32,000 nt of DNA from an uncultured Clostridia bacterium (GTDB lineage Bacteria; Bacillota; Clostridia; Christensenellales; Aristaeellaceae). Below the pieces are notes generated by a model. It saw only the letters and a program-made list of their open reading frames with translations, had not been told where the DNA came from and ran no database searches. The DNA lies in NCBI GenBank assembly GCA_937886445.1, contig CALGBY010000022.1, positions 15,845 through 47,844 of the forward strand, read 5' to 3'. The position numbers and the translations under genes are program-made. Shown here in pieces: positions 1 through 9,646 of this stretch (its first letter is position 1; every line of letters starts with the position of its first letter).

Positions 1-135
1 GATGGTTCCGCTGAAGGCGTTGCCGCTTCCGTGAATGAAGATGGTAGCATCTCCGCCACCTTCTCTCAGGATCTGCTCACCCGCCTTGGCAATGAGCAGG
101 CTCTGTGCACCGTGATCAACGCCCCCGCGAAGTAA
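1..135 (+). CDS. 3' end of an unidentified CDS (partial, enters from window start)
   Basis: Frame 1 is open from the window edge to TAA at 133-135 (...NEQALCTVINAPAK*) and is followed directly by a terminator hairpin. Forty-four residues are too few to assign a family. Confidence 0.4.
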   Translation, partial: DGSAEGVAASVNEDGSISATFSQDLLTRLGNEQALCTVINAPAK

Positions 136-147
136 TGAACCAATATA

Positions 148-181
148 TCCGGATGGCGTAATGCCATCCGGACTTATTTTT
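148..181 (+). terminator. Rho-independent terminator
   Basis: Perfect 10-bp stem tccggatggc (148-157) / gccatccgga (163-172) with a 5-nt loop, followed by cttattttt. Confidence 0.75.
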
Positions 182-201
182 CTGAAAGGAAATACGCATC
201 C

Positions 202-1119
202 ATGGCTCAGTTAAGACGCAGAAAAATGCTGGAACAGGCAAAAAACCAGAATACCGCTGCCGCGGGCAGTGCCGATACATCGGAGCTGATCGCGCAGCTG
301 CTTGCCGCCGCGGCGCAGAACAGGCAGACCGATGAAGAGAACGCCCGTAAACGGGATGACGGCGGCACGCAGATCAACCTTACGGAGCTTTTCTGGCGCG
401 TGGTAGCCAAGTTTGGGTGGATCGTGCTGGGAGCGGCTCTGGGCACGCTTATCATGGCGGTGTTTGCCTATGCGTTCTACGTGCCCAAATATACGGCTGT
501 AAGCAAGCTGTATATCGTGAATAACAGCAATTCTGTGATCAATATGAGCGACCTGCAGATCGGTACCGCCCTCACAACGGACTATACCGAGGTGTTCAAA
601 ACGCACGAGGTATCTGAAATGACCATGGATATACTGCGTGATGAATACGGCGTGGAAGGCTACAGCTATACCGCTCTGCAGGGGATGCTTACCGTAAGCA
701 ACCCTGCAAGCAGCCGTGTGCTGTACCTTACCGTGCAGCATAAGGACGCCAAGCTTACGCAGCAGGTGGCGGATAGCTTTGCCCGTGCCGGGCAAAAGTT
801 CATCACCGAGCGTATGCGCACGGATGAGCCTACCAGCTTTTCTGTGGCCATGATCCCCGGTACCCCCTCCACTACCAGCAAAACCAAGCTGGTCATCATC
901 GGCTTTGCCGTGGGCACGCTGATTGCGTTTGGCATCATCTTTTTGCGGTTTATGATGGATGATAAGCCGCGTACGGCGGAGGATATTTACAACTGCAGCG
1001 GCCTTTCCACGCTGGGCACCATCCCGCTGGTGGCCGCGGAAAAAGACAACCTGAAGCGGGAAAAGAAACAGCGCGACCGGAGCAACCGGAAGCACGGAAA
1101 GGGGAATAAGCATGAATAA
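202..1119 (+). CDS. Wzz/CpsC-type chain-length determinant (tyrosine-kinase transmembrane modulator)
   Basis: 305-aa ORF with two TM helices (WIVLGAALGTLIMAVFAYAF and LVIIGFAVGTLIAFGIIFL) flanking a ~150-aa loop. It has a basic C-terminal tail and an 8-nt ATGAATAA overlap with the downstream BY-kinase. This is the classic CpsC/CpsD split arrangement. Confidence 0.85.
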   Translation: MAQLRRRKMLEQAKNQNTAAAGSADTSELIAQLLAAAAQNRQTDEENARKRDDGGTQINLTELFWRVVAKFGWIVLGAALGTLIMAVFAYAFYVPKYTAVSKLYIVNNSNSVINMSDLQIGTALTTDYTEVFKTHEVSEMTMDILRDEYGVEGYSYTALQGMLTVSNPASSRVLYLTVQHKDAKLTQQVADSFARAGQKFITERMRTDEPTSFSVAMIPGTPSTTSKTKLVIIGFAVGTLIAFGIIFLRFMMDDKPRTAEDIYNCSGLSTLGTIPLVAAEKDNLKREKKQRDRSNRKHGKGNKHE

Positions 1120-1831
1120 GGTGGAGATCAAAAAATTCCCCAAAGCGGAATACTCGGTAAATGAAGCGTTCAACACGCTTGCTACCAATATCTCCTACTG
1201 CGGAGATGATATACGCGTAATAGAGCTTACCAGCCGCTACCAGCATGAGGGCAAAAGCTTTGTCACCATGAACCTGATGCGCACCTTTGCCAGCTTTGGC
1301 AAAAGCGTGGTGCTTGTGGACGCGGACCTGAGAAGAAGCAACCTGATAGCCAAATACCAGATGGTGTTTGGCAGGGAAAAGCCGCAGGGCCTGGCGCAGT
1401 ATCTGGCCGGCCTGTGCAGCGCGGAAAGCATAGTGTACGAAACCAACATTGAAGGTGCTTATATTGTGCCCGTGGGCAGGCTGGTGAGCAATTCGCTGCA
1501 GCTGCTCAAAGGGGAGCGCTTTGGCCAGCTGATAGATATGCTGGCGGAAAACGCGGATATAGTGTTGATAGATACACCGCCCGCCGGGCTGATCGTGGAT
1601 GCCGTGGAGATCGCCAAGCAGTGTGACGGCGCCATGATCGTAGTGGATTACGGTGAGGGACATAAACGGGAGATAAATGATATTTCGGAAAACATCAGCC
1701 GCACCGGCTGTCAGATGCTGGGCGCTGTGATAAACGCCGTGGATATGAGTGCCTATACTAATAGGAAGTATTACTATTCCGGCAAGTATTACCGCCGCTA
1801 TTATCACGGCGCGTATGACAGTAAGTACTGA
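1112..1831 (+). CDS. BY-family protein-tyrosine kinase (CpsD/CapB/EpsB-like)
   Basis: Walker A-like HEGKS, Walker A' VLVDADLRR and Walker B IVLIDTPP are present. The C-terminal Tyr cluster has 10 Tyr in the last 25 residues (YTNRKYYYSGKYYRRYYHGAYDSKY). Confidence 0.9.
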   Translation: MNKVEIKKFPKAEYSVNEAFNTLATNISYCGDDIRVIELTSRYQHEGKSFVTMNLMRTFASFGKSVVLVDADLRRSNLIAKYQMVFGREKPQGLAQYLAGLCSAESIVYETNIEGAYIVPVGRLVSNSLQLLKGERFGQLIDMLAENADIVLIDTPPAGLIVDAVEIAKQCDGAMIVVDYGEGHKREINDISENISRTGCQMLGAVINAVDMSAYTNRKYYYSGKYYRRYYHGAYDSKY

Positions 1832-1885
1832 ACATTTACTGACGGTCGATATATGGGTATATATATCCTGTATTAAGGAGCGGAT

Positions 1886-2074
1886 ATGAAGGATTACAAC
1901 TTGGAAGCACAGGCTTTGCCGGAAAATGAACTCAGAAAGAAATATGCTGAACTGTGTGAGGCGTATGACAAGATGAGCGATGATCTTCTTTTTCTTGATT
2001 GGCAGATAAGGTCTCTCAAAGAAGAATTGAGTGCTATGTCAGAGCATTCAAAGAATTTGCAGGGAAGGCAATGA
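1886..2074 (+). CDS. Small hypothetical coiled-coil protein (62 aa)
   Basis: AAGGAG RBS lies 6 nt upstream of the ATG. The sequence is heptad-like and charged with no TM helix. It sits exactly where GC content drops after the kinase gene. Confidence 0.45.
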   Translation: MKDYNLEAQALPENELRKKYAELCEAYDKMSDDLLFLDWQIRSLKEELSAMSEHSKNLQGRQ

Positions 2075-2080
2075 TAAGCG

Positions 2081-3427
2081 ATGAAAAAGGCAACAAGGGT
2101 CTCCATTGTAAAGCTTTTTAATGTATTGACAGTAGCTATACCGTTTGCTGCGGTATGGTTTGGTTATTATGCCGATCATACGTTCAACTATATCGGTTAT
2201 CGTACCCGCTCCATCGTAATGATCCTTTACTTTATTGCCTATCTCTTTTTGACAAAAACGTATGACGCGTTGTTGATTTCCTATTCACGCATTCGGGATA
2301 TGCTTGTTAATCAGGTACTTTCGATATTGTTGACAGATACGGTCATGTTTGTGATACTGTGGATACTCAGCTATCATTTTCCCAATATGCTGCCGGCGTT
2401 GCTGTGCCTGCTGTTGCAGATAGTTATTGCCTGCCTGTGGTGCATCTTTAGTCACCACTGGTATTTTGTATGCTTCAAGGCGCAAAAAACACTTGTGCTT
2501 TATGATACGCGTGAGGGCTTGGAAAAACTGATAGATGAATACGGGCTCGAAAAAAAGTTTGAAGTTATTGCAGTAAAGCAGATCAATGCAGCACTTGATG
2601 ATCCGGATGTATTGAACGGTATAGAAACGGTATTCTTTTCCGGCATACACAGCCATGAGCGGAACATCATTTTGAAAAAGTGTGTAGAAAAAGGAATCAC
2701 AGCCTTTGTTATACCCCGGCTTGGAGATTCCATTATGAGTGGGGCAAGCAAGCAGCATTTGTTCCATTTGCCAATGCTCCGGGTAAACCGTTATACACCC
2801 GGTTTGGGATACAGAGTGGTTAAGCGTAGCTTTGACATCCTTATTTCCGGGGTTATGCTGCTTCTGCTTTCACCTTTAATGATCGTGTTGGCGTTGTTTA
2901 TCAGGAAGGATGGGGGCCCGGCCTTCTACAAGCAGACAAGATTGACAAAAGACGGGAAACTTTTCAAGGTGATCAAATTCCGCAGTATGCGTGTGGATGC
3001 CGAAAAAGACGGAGTGGCCAGACTGAGTACAGGTGAAAACGATGATCGCATTACAAAGGTAGGTCATTTCATCCGCGCCTGCCGTATGGATGAGCTTCCC
3101 CAATTGATTAATATCTTAAAGGGGGATATGAGCATTGTTGGCCCGCGGCCTGAACGACCGGAAATTGCTGCCGAATATGAAAAAGAGATGCCGGAGTTCA
3201 GATTGCGTCTACAGTGCAGAGCAGGCTTGACAGGCTATGCGCAGGTTTATGGACAGTATAATACTACGCCATATGATAAGTTGAACATGGATTTGATGTA
3301 TATCAGCAGTTATAGTTTGATGAATGATTTAAGGATCATTCTTGCTACTGTGGGGATTCTTTTCCAGCGAGAAAGTACTGAAGGTATTGCCGAAGGACAA
3401 ACTACAGCATTGAATACAAAAAAATGA
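2081..3427 (+). CDS. Polyprenyl-phosphate glycosylphosphotransferase, large WbaP/CpsE/EpsL type (priming transferase)
   Basis: N-terminal multi-TM block, a central Rossmann-like segment and a C-terminal bacterial sugar transferase domain. Hallmark motifs are KRSFDI..., KFRSM, DDRIT..G.F.R....DELPQL.N.L.GDMS.VGPRP. Confidence 0.9.
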   Translation: MKKATRVSIVKLFNVLTVAIPFAAVWFGYYADHTFNYIGYRTRSIVMILYFIAYLFLTKTYDALLISYSRIRDMLVNQVLSILLTDTVMFVILWILSYHFPNMLPALLCLLLQIVIACLWCIFSHHWYFVCFKAQKTLVLYDTREGLEKLIDEYGLEKKFEVIAVKQINAALDDPDVLNGIETVFFSGIHSHERNIILKKCVEKGITAFVIPRLGDSIMSGASKQHLFHLPMLRVNRYTPGLGYRVVKRSFDILISGVMLLLLSPLMIVLALFIRKDGGPAFYKQTRLTKDGKLFKVIKFRSMRVDAEKDGVARLSTGENDDRITKVGHFIRACRMDELPQLINILKGDMSIVGPRPERPEIAAEYEKEMPEFRLRLQCRAGLTGYAQVYGQYNTTPYDKLNMDLMYISSYSLMNDLRIILATVGILFQRESTEGIAEGQTTALNTKK

Positions 3428-3557
3428 AGAGAATATCCAGTTTTGTGAGATGGTACAGTATCAGGGAATCAGTTCACATTATTCTTGAAAATCGTATGTC
3501 ATATTGGATTTTGATTCTTTGATTTTTACGAGAAAGCAAGTAATGGAGCAGTAATTT

Positions 3558-4784
3558 ATGAAAGAAAAGAACAAAAAAGACATACTTTTTCTGTGCCAGT
3601 TTTTCTATCCTGAATACAATTCGTCAGCAACGTTGCCTTTTGATACGGCTAAGCATCTTGCTGCAAATGGCTTTACTGTTGATGCGCTTGTAGGATATCC
3701 TAAGGAATATACAAAGGGAGAAGACTTCCCAATAGATGAAGTTGTAGATAATGTCGGTATTCATAGAATCAAGTACATAGAACTTGATCGCAAGAAGAAA
3801 ATCAATCGTTTGATAAATTACTTTTCATTTACATGCGCGGCATTATTCAGAATTGGAAAATTGAGGAAGTACCATACGGTTATTGTTTATTCAAATCCTC
3901 CGGTTCTTCCAATAGTTCCTATTCTTGCAAAAAAGCTTTTCAAAACAAAGTTTGTTTTTGTTGCCTACGATGTCTATCCGGAGATTGCCTATGCATCTCA
4001 AACGCTCTCTCCGGGGAGTTTGATTGACCGGGTAATGACAAGGATTAATCATCATCTTTATAAGCATGCTGCTTATGTGGTAGCGTTGACTGATGAGATG
4101 AAAGAGTTTTTACTCAAGAAGCGCCCAGAGCTTGATTCTGAACGGGTAACTACAATTGCAAACTGGGCTCATGAGAAGGAAGTTAGTCCGGATCATGCTG
4201 CCTATCAGCGCTTTGGATATGTGGATGGACAGTTTGTTGTTTCATACTTTGGAAATATGGGCACGTGCCAGGATGTTGAAACAATGATGGGTGCAGCTGA
4301 AGCATTAAGAGACAATGATAGCGTCAAGTTCTTGATTGTTGGGCATGGAAATAAAAAGACAAGTGTAGAAGAACGAGCTAGAAATCTTAGAAATGTGCAG
4401 GTTATTGACTTTTTGACAGGAAAAGATTTTGAACAAGCTGTTGCAATTTCGTCCTGCTGTATTGTTAGTCTGGAAAAGGGATTAATGGGTGCATGTGCTC
4501 CTAGTAAATATTATAGTTACCTTCAGGGCGGTCAACCCATACTCGCGGTTGTTGAGGACGGTTCATATCTTGCTGAGGAGGTCATAAAGGAAAGCATTGG
4601 ATATGGTATCGAGGTGGGTGATGTTGCAGGGTTAACTAAGGTAATTATTAGTATGGTAGGGGATAGAGAAGCATGCAGAATCATGGGGGAAAAAGCCAGA
4701 GAGATGTATCAAAGAAAATACGCTATTGATATTGCACTTGAGAAATATGTACAAGTGTTCAAAAGTATTGTGGGGAATAGATAA
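3558..4784 (+). CDS. Glycosyltransferase, GT4 (WcaI/WbuB-like)
   Basis: 408 aa with N-terminal ILFLCQFFYPE..., typical of the WcaI/WbuB GT-B subgroup, and a C-terminal GT1/GT4-type Rossmann half. A role as the L-FucNAc transferase is only an inference from its co-location with fnlABC. Confidence 0.8.
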   Translation: MKEKNKKDILFLCQFFYPEYNSSATLPFDTAKHLAANGFTVDALVGYPKEYTKGEDFPIDEVVDNVGIHRIKYIELDRKKKINRLINYFSFTCAALFRIGKLRKYHTVIVYSNPPVLPIVPILAKKLFKTKFVFVAYDVYPEIAYASQTLSPGSLIDRVMTRINHHLYKHAAYVVALTDEMKEFLLKKRPELDSERVTTIANWAHEKEVSPDHAAYQRFGYVDGQFVVSYFGNMGTCQDVETMMGAAEALRDNDSVKFLIVGHGNKKTSVEERARNLRNVQVIDFLTGKDFEQAVAISSCCIVSLEKGLMGACAPSKYYSYLQGGQPILAVVEDGSYLAEEVIKESIGYGIEVGDVAGLTKVIISMVGDREACRIMGEKAREMYQRKYAIDIALEKYVQVFKSIVGNR

Positions 4785-5815
4785 TGAAAAATGATGACAA
4801 TCGTCAATCAAATTTTGACTGCCTTAGATTGGTGTGTATGGTGATGGTAGTGTCCATGCACTACTTTGGATGGGGCGGACTTAATAGTTCAACAGAAACA
4901 AGTCGAATGAACTTTGTTCTAGCCAGTGGTATCGGAGTGTATTGCAGAGTTGCTGTGAACTGTTTCTATATGATTACTGGATATTTTATTGTTCCTTGTT
5001 CTCAAGATATAGACTTTCGGAGAGCATCAAAAAAGGTTTTAGCGCAGTATAGCAAGTTGTGGGTATACTCGGTCCTTTTGTTTGTAGGTTGCTGTGCAAC
5101 TGGGATAGCGGAGTTTTCATGGGATGAACTGGTCCAATCATTTTTCCCTATTATGACAAATCAATGGTGGTTCATGACGATTTTCATGGCCCTTCTGTGC
5201 ATCAAGCCGTTTATCGGTAAGTTACGCTCTTTGTTGAATGACAAAGAATTGATAGCACTACTAGGGATTATTGCATTCTTTGATACTCTGCAAGCAATAG
5301 TTGGCCGCAATGCTTTTAGGGAACAAGGTACAGGGATTATGCATGCAGTCTTCATGCTTCTATTGGGTTATGGAGTAAAAAAGTTGCCTGTGCTTCAGCT
5401 GAGAAAATGGTGTTCTGCTGTGCTCTACTTTGGCATATGCTTGATTGCAGGCGTTTTTGCTTTGGTCGGAAGAAAATTCTTCCAAATGGATGATGCTGTT
5501 GTACTCTATTATAATTCTCCATTTATTGTGATAGCAGCAATTGGTTTCTTTAATTTATTCCGAACTTGGAATTGTTCATTTACCTGGACGACACGTATAG
5601 CACCTTATGTATTGGCTATTTATTTGATAAATGATCATCGCCTAATGGAGAAGAACTTTTATGAAAAAGTTTTACACTGTAGTAATTATTATGAAAGTGG
5701 AATGATGATTCTCCATTGGGCAGTCAGTGTACTCTTGTTTGTTGCTGGTGGTTTATTGATAGACTTTACTCTTGAAAAAATGAAGAGTTATTTGATGAAG
5801 GTATTTCTGAGGTGA
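4784..5815 (+). CDS. Acyltransferase family 3 membrane O-acyltransferase
   Basis: 343 aa and polytopic. The N-terminal NFDCLRLVCMVMVVSMHY motif is typical of acyltransferase_3 proteins. It has a 1-nt TAATG overlap with the upstream GT. Confidence 0.8.
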   Translation: MKNDDNRQSNFDCLRLVCMVMVVSMHYFGWGGLNSSTETSRMNFVLASGIGVYCRVAVNCFYMITGYFIVPCSQDIDFRRASKKVLAQYSKLWVYSVLLFVGCCATGIAEFSWDELVQSFFPIMTNQWWFMTIFMALLCIKPFIGKLRSLLNDKELIALLGIIAFFDTLQAIVGRNAFREQGTGIMHAVFMLLLGYGVKKLPVLQLRKWCSAVLYFGICLIAGVFALVGRKFFQMDDAVVLYYNSPFIVIAAIGFFNLFRTWNCSFTWTTRIAPYVLAIYLINDHRLMEKNFYEKVLHCSNYYESGMMILHWAVSVLLFVAGGLLIDFTLEKMKSYLMKVFLR

Positions 5816-6672
5816 AGATAGTGAATGATATAACTGCAATAATTCTGACTAAGAATGAGGAAGTTAATATAGCACGTTGTATTAACTCTGTTAAAAGTTT
5901 TGTTGATCGAATTTGTGTGGTAGATAGTGGAAGCACAGACCGAACAATAGAAATTGCGAATGAACTTGGAGCTGAAATATTTGAGCATATTCCGTTTGAG
6001 CATTACGCAAGGCAATTTAATTGGGCATTAGATCACGTGGATGTAAAGACCAAATGGGTATACCGAATTGATGCTGATGAGGTTGTTCCCCCTGAACTTG
6101 GCGCAGAATTGGTAAAGGCTTGTTCAGAACATCATGACGACGATGTGAATGGCCTTGTAATGAAATTTAAGGTACATTTCATGGGAAGATTTTTGACTCA
6201 TGGTGGTATTTATCCGTTCTATAATCTAACAGTGTTTAAGAACGGATACGGTCGTTATGAGGACAGAGCTATGGGAGAACACATTGTGCTTTCTGAGGGA
6301 CGGACGATTGATTTGCAGAACGATTGCCTCCATTATGATTTTAAGGATCTAAACTCTTGGATTAATAAGCATAACTGGTATGCAACCCGTGAAGTGGCTG
6401 ATTATATGGCTACCTTGGCAAAGAAACAAGTAGATACTGAACTTTATCATGAAGCTGAGAAAGCAAAAAGACTGCGCGATGGTTTTTATTATAAACTCCC
6501 GAAATTTTTCCGTGCCAGATTGTATTACTGGTACAGGTACTATATAAAGCTGGGTTTTTTGGATGGTGAAGCGGGAAGAGTTCACGCATTTCTTCAAGCA
6601 TACTGGTACAGATATTTGATTGATGCGAAAATTGTGGAGCAGGAGTTGATGAATAAAGATGTTAAGGGTTAA
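5812..6672 (+). CDS. Glycosyltransferase family 2 (GT-A)
   Basis: GTG start overlaps the upstream stop. Motifs: ITAIILTKNEE.NI..C, VVDSGSTDRT, and DADE as the DXD-type motif. Confidence 0.85.
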   Translation: MKIVNDITAIILTKNEEVNIARCINSVKSFVDRICVVDSGSTDRTIEIANELGAEIFEHIPFEHYARQFNWALDHVDVKTKWVYRIDADEVVPPELGAELVKACSEHHDDDVNGLVMKFKVHFMGRFLTHGGIYPFYNLTVFKNGYGRYEDRAMGEHIVLSEGRTIDLQNDCLHYDFKDLNSWINKHNWYATREVADYMATLAKKQVDTELYHEAEKAKRLRDGFYYKLPKFFRARLYYWYRYYIKLGFLDGEAGRVHAFLQAYWYRYLIDAKIVEQELMNKDVKG

Positions 6673-7276
6673 TTTTGGATTCTTTATCAATAAACTGTTA
6701 CGATTGCTGAACCGTCCTGCGCTGAGATACTGTCAAATTGATAAGTTGGCAAAAGTAGGTACTGGTTCTAACTGTATTGGTGTGAAAATGGGGCGCTACA
6801 GTTATATGGGTAAGAATAATTCTGTGGCTAATGCCACCATTGGTTCATTTTGCTCCATTGCGAGTTATTGCGCAATTGGGGGAGGGAGTCATCCTCTGGA
6901 CATGGTGTCTACATCTCCGGTGTTTTATGAGGGAAGGAATGTATTTAGTCAGAACTTCAGTAACATCAAAGCGGGGATTAATAAGCCAGTCAGTATCGGA
7001 AATGATGTTTGGATTGGGGAAGGGGTGTTTATCAATGACGGAATCACCGTGGGGGACGGAGCAATAATCGGAGCTCATAGTGTGGTTACACATGATGTTC
7101 CGGCTTATGCAGTAATGGCTGGTGCCCCGGCAAAAGTGTTGAGATACAGATTCCATGAGGAAGAGGTTCGGAAGTTAATAGAACTTAAGTGGTGGGATTG
7201 GCCGGAAGAAGAACTTAAGAAATACGGAAATAGATTTTCCTCACTTAGTGAGGTATTAGGAGATAAAGTAAAATGA
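6659..7276 (+). CDS. Hexapeptide-repeat (LbH) acetyltransferase, XAT/CatB-Vat-like
   Basis: Left-handed beta-helix repeats (IGNDVWIGEGVFINDGITVGDGAIIGAHSVV) plus a C-terminal RYRF....I..L..WWDWP motif characteristic of XAT-class acetyltransferases. Confidence 0.85.
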   Translation: MLRVNFGFFINKLLRLLNRPALRYCQIDKLAKVGTGSNCIGVKMGRYSYMGKNNSVANATIGSFCSIASYCAIGGGSHPLDMVSTSPVFYEGRNVFSQNFSNIKAGINKPVSIGNDVWIGEGVFINDGITVGDGAIIGAHSVVTHDVPAYAVMAGAPAKVLRYRFHEEEVRKLIELKWWDWPEEELKKYGNRFSSLSEVLGDKVK

Positions 7277-8433
7277 AAATACTGCATGTTTGCTTGGGCT
7301 GCTTTTATATTGATAACTATTCCTATCAAGAGAATATGCTTCCAAAGTTCCATAAGAATATGGGATATGATGTGGAAGTAATAGCTTCTACTCTATCTTT
7401 TGATGAGCATGGTAATGGATGCAATATTGCCTCCCGTATTTATGACAACGAATATGGAATTAAGGTTACTCGACTGCCTTATAGGAAGAGTATGCCTAAT
7501 AAAGTAGGCAAGTTCTTGAGATTATATGAAGGTTTTGAGGAGGCGCTGGTCAAGGCAGAACCAAACATAATATTTGTTCATGGCTGTCAGTTTTGCGACA
7601 TCGGTAAGATTGTTAAGTATGCTAAAGTGCACAAAGTAGTTATCTATGTTGACAATCATGCGGATTTCTCAAACAGTGCGACAAACTGGCTATCGAAGCA
7701 TGTTCTTCACAAGGGCCTTTGGAGAAAGTGCGCCCAAAGTATTGAGCCATATACTAAGAAGTTTTATGGAGTGCTTCCAGTTCGAGTGGATTTCCTTAAG
7801 AATATTTATAAATTGCCCCCCGATAAATGTGAGCTTTTGGTGATGGGAGCAGATGATGAACTTGTTCAAAAAGCCAAATCTTCGGATGCACGGAAGAGAA
7901 TCAGAGAACAGTATGGGATTAGTGAGGATAATTTTCTTATCCTCACTGGCGGTAAAATAGATCAATGGAAGACCCAGACATTATTGCTGATGCAGGCAGT
8001 TCAGAATATTCAGAATGAACGCCTTCGTCTCATTGTCTTTGGATCAGTCACGCAAGAACTCACGGATCAAATAAAGGCACTGGCAGATGGCATTAAGACC
8101 CAATATATTGGCTGGATTCAATCGAAATGCTCGTATGAATTTTTTGAAGCTGCCGATCTTGTCGTTTTTCCCGGTCGGCATAGTGTGATGTGGGAACAGG
8201 TTGTCGGCCAAGGTAAACCAATGATTGTAAAGGATTGGCCTGGAACACACCATGTGGATCTCGGAGGTAATGTGAGATTCTTGACGAAAGATAGCATTGA
8301 AGAAATTCAAGCCGAGATCGAGTTTATGCTGCATAATCCGAAAGAGTACAGGGTAATGAGAGAGGTAGCAGAAGAAAAAGGCGCTAAGGAGTTTTCGTAT
8401 GAAGATATTTCAAGAAGAGCGATCGAGCAATAG
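7273..8433 (+). CDS. Glycosyltransferase, GT-B fold (GT1/GT4-like)
   Basis: 386 aa with an ATGA overlap with the upstream gene. It has N-terminal MKILHVC... and a C-terminal nucleotide-sugar-binding half. The family call is by general pattern only. Confidence 0.7.
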   Translation: MKILHVCLGCFYIDNYSYQENMLPKFHKNMGYDVEVIASTLSFDEHGNGCNIASRIYDNEYGIKVTRLPYRKSMPNKVGKFLRLYEGFEEALVKAEPNIIFVHGCQFCDIGKIVKYAKVHKVVIYVDNHADFSNSATNWLSKHVLHKGLWRKCAQSIEPYTKKFYGVLPVRVDFLKNIYKLPPDKCELLVMGADDELVQKAKSSDARKRIREQYGISEDNFLILTGGKIDQWKTQTLLLMQAVQNIQNERLRLIVFGSVTQELTDQIKALADGIKTQYIGWIQSKCSYEFFEAADLVVFPGRHSVMWEQVVGQGKPMIVKDWPGTHHVDLGGNVRFLTKDSIEEIQAEIEFMLHNPKEYRVMREVAEEKGAKEFSYEDISRRAIEQ

Positions 8434-9643
8434 ATATCGAAAGCCGAAGATTGATCTGCTTGATATAGTAGTAATATTATTCCTTTTTTCGGCCCCAGTT
8501 CTAAATATCTTCTTGTACTTAACAAAAAAGACTAATCTTTCAGGACAATTGGCAGTTATTTACATTATAGTTGCAATTGCGGTTGCAATAGTCTCGATTT
8601 TTATAGGCCGAAAATTTATCCCAATGAGCGCACTTTGGGAGATTGTATTTCTCTTTTTAATACTGGTAGATTTTTTGATAACAAAAAACAGTCATTCATC
8701 ACAAGTTGCCAGATTCGATTCCGAATTAAAACTATATATTGCGACTATCCCATCAGTGGTTATGATAACTCTTTGCTTATTCTGGTGGGGGAAAAAAGAT
8801 ATTAGTCTTTTGCTGGTATTTGGTTTGGACTTGTTATTAACAATTGTGTGCAGCCTGGTACTAGTAAATAGTACAGGTGTTACTACTGCTGGACTTATGC
8901 TAGATTCTAGCGGTTTTCTATACCAAAATACCTCTTATTATGCGGCATATACTCTAGGGATGACTGTCTTCATGATTCAGGAACAGAAAAGAAATTTATC
9001 AATTAGAATACCAAAGATTGTTTTGTTCCTCCTTGTTCCGATACAGATTGGAATATGCTTTATGGCCGGAGGAAGGGGAGGAATTATACTTATTCTAGTG
9101 GTTCTATTGTGGGCTTTTTTTTCAGAGAAAAGAAATATAGAGAAGTTGGTATTAACGGTTTGTTTTGTTATTATAACTGTAGTTGCTGTTATCTATTTTG
9201 TTCCTGTTTTGATGAGAATAATTGGAGTGGACTCAACTGGATATGAAAGAACAATAATGCTTTTGACAACAGGAATAAGCGACCAAGGGCGCGAAGCATT
9301 ATGGGCTAATTCCATAGAAGCATTTAAAGAACGTCCGATTTTTGGTAATGGGATTGGTTCGGTCTTCTACTTGTTTAATAGTTATTCTCATAATATGTTT
9401 GTAGACATCCTTTGTGAAAAAGGTGTTGTTGGTCTGTTGATAGTAGTATCTGTGTTCATTTTGTATGGTATGCGTGTTTTAAAACTCTATAAAGCAGGAT
9501 CAATCTTCAGGTTTATGTTTATGGTGTTCTTGTGCGGTTTCACAATGAACCTGTTTAGTGGATATGTTTGGGTCAACCAACAAATTCTGTTGCCAGTAAC
9601 GGCAACGCTTGTTTTTCCAAAGTCATTTAAATTCGAGGTGTGA
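8399..9643 (+). CDS. wzy: Wzy-type O-antigen/EPS repeat-unit polymerase (O-antigen ligase-like domain)
   Basis: 414 aa with about 10-12 TM helices. A periplasmic/extracellular loop carries ...REALWANSIEAFKERPIFGNGIGS...YSHNMFVDILCEKG, typical of the Wzy_C/O-antigen ligase family. Confidence 0.75.
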   Translation: MKIFQEERSSNRYRKPKIDLLDIVVILFLFSAPVLNIFLYLTKKTNLSGQLAVIYIIVAIAVAIVSIFIGRKFIPMSALWEIVFLFLILVDFLITKNSHSSQVARFDSELKLYIATIPSVVMITLCLFWWGKKDISLLLVFGLDLLLTIVCSLVLVNSTGVTTAGLMLDSSGFLYQNTSYYAAYTLGMTVFMIQEQKRNLSIRIPKIVLFLLVPIQIGICFMAGGRGGIILILVVLLWAFFSEKRNIEKLVLTVCFVIITVVAVIYFVPVLMRIIGVDSTGYERTIMLLTTGISDQGREALWANSIEAFKERPIFGNGIGSVFYLFNSYSHNMFVDILCEKGVVGLLIVVSVFILYGMRVLKLYKAGSIFRFMFMVFLCGFTMNLFSGYVWVNQQILLPVTATLVFPKSFKFEV

Positions 9644-9646
9644 TTT

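Noticed and set aside
211-1807. Long minus-strand ORFs (211-1188, 950-1807) opposite the wzz and BY-kinase genes
   Set aside because: Their composition is low-complexity and Arg/Gly/His-rich, as expected for antisense frames of GC-rich genes. They have no RBS and no recognisable motifs, whereas the plus-strand products have clear family signatures.
9116-9123. T8 homopolymer inside wzy (and an A7 run at about 10885 and a T7 run at about 12845) as phase-variation switches
   Set aside because: Runs of 7-8 nt are expected by chance in DNA this AT-rich. The current frame is intact, and there is no supporting evidence of length variation.
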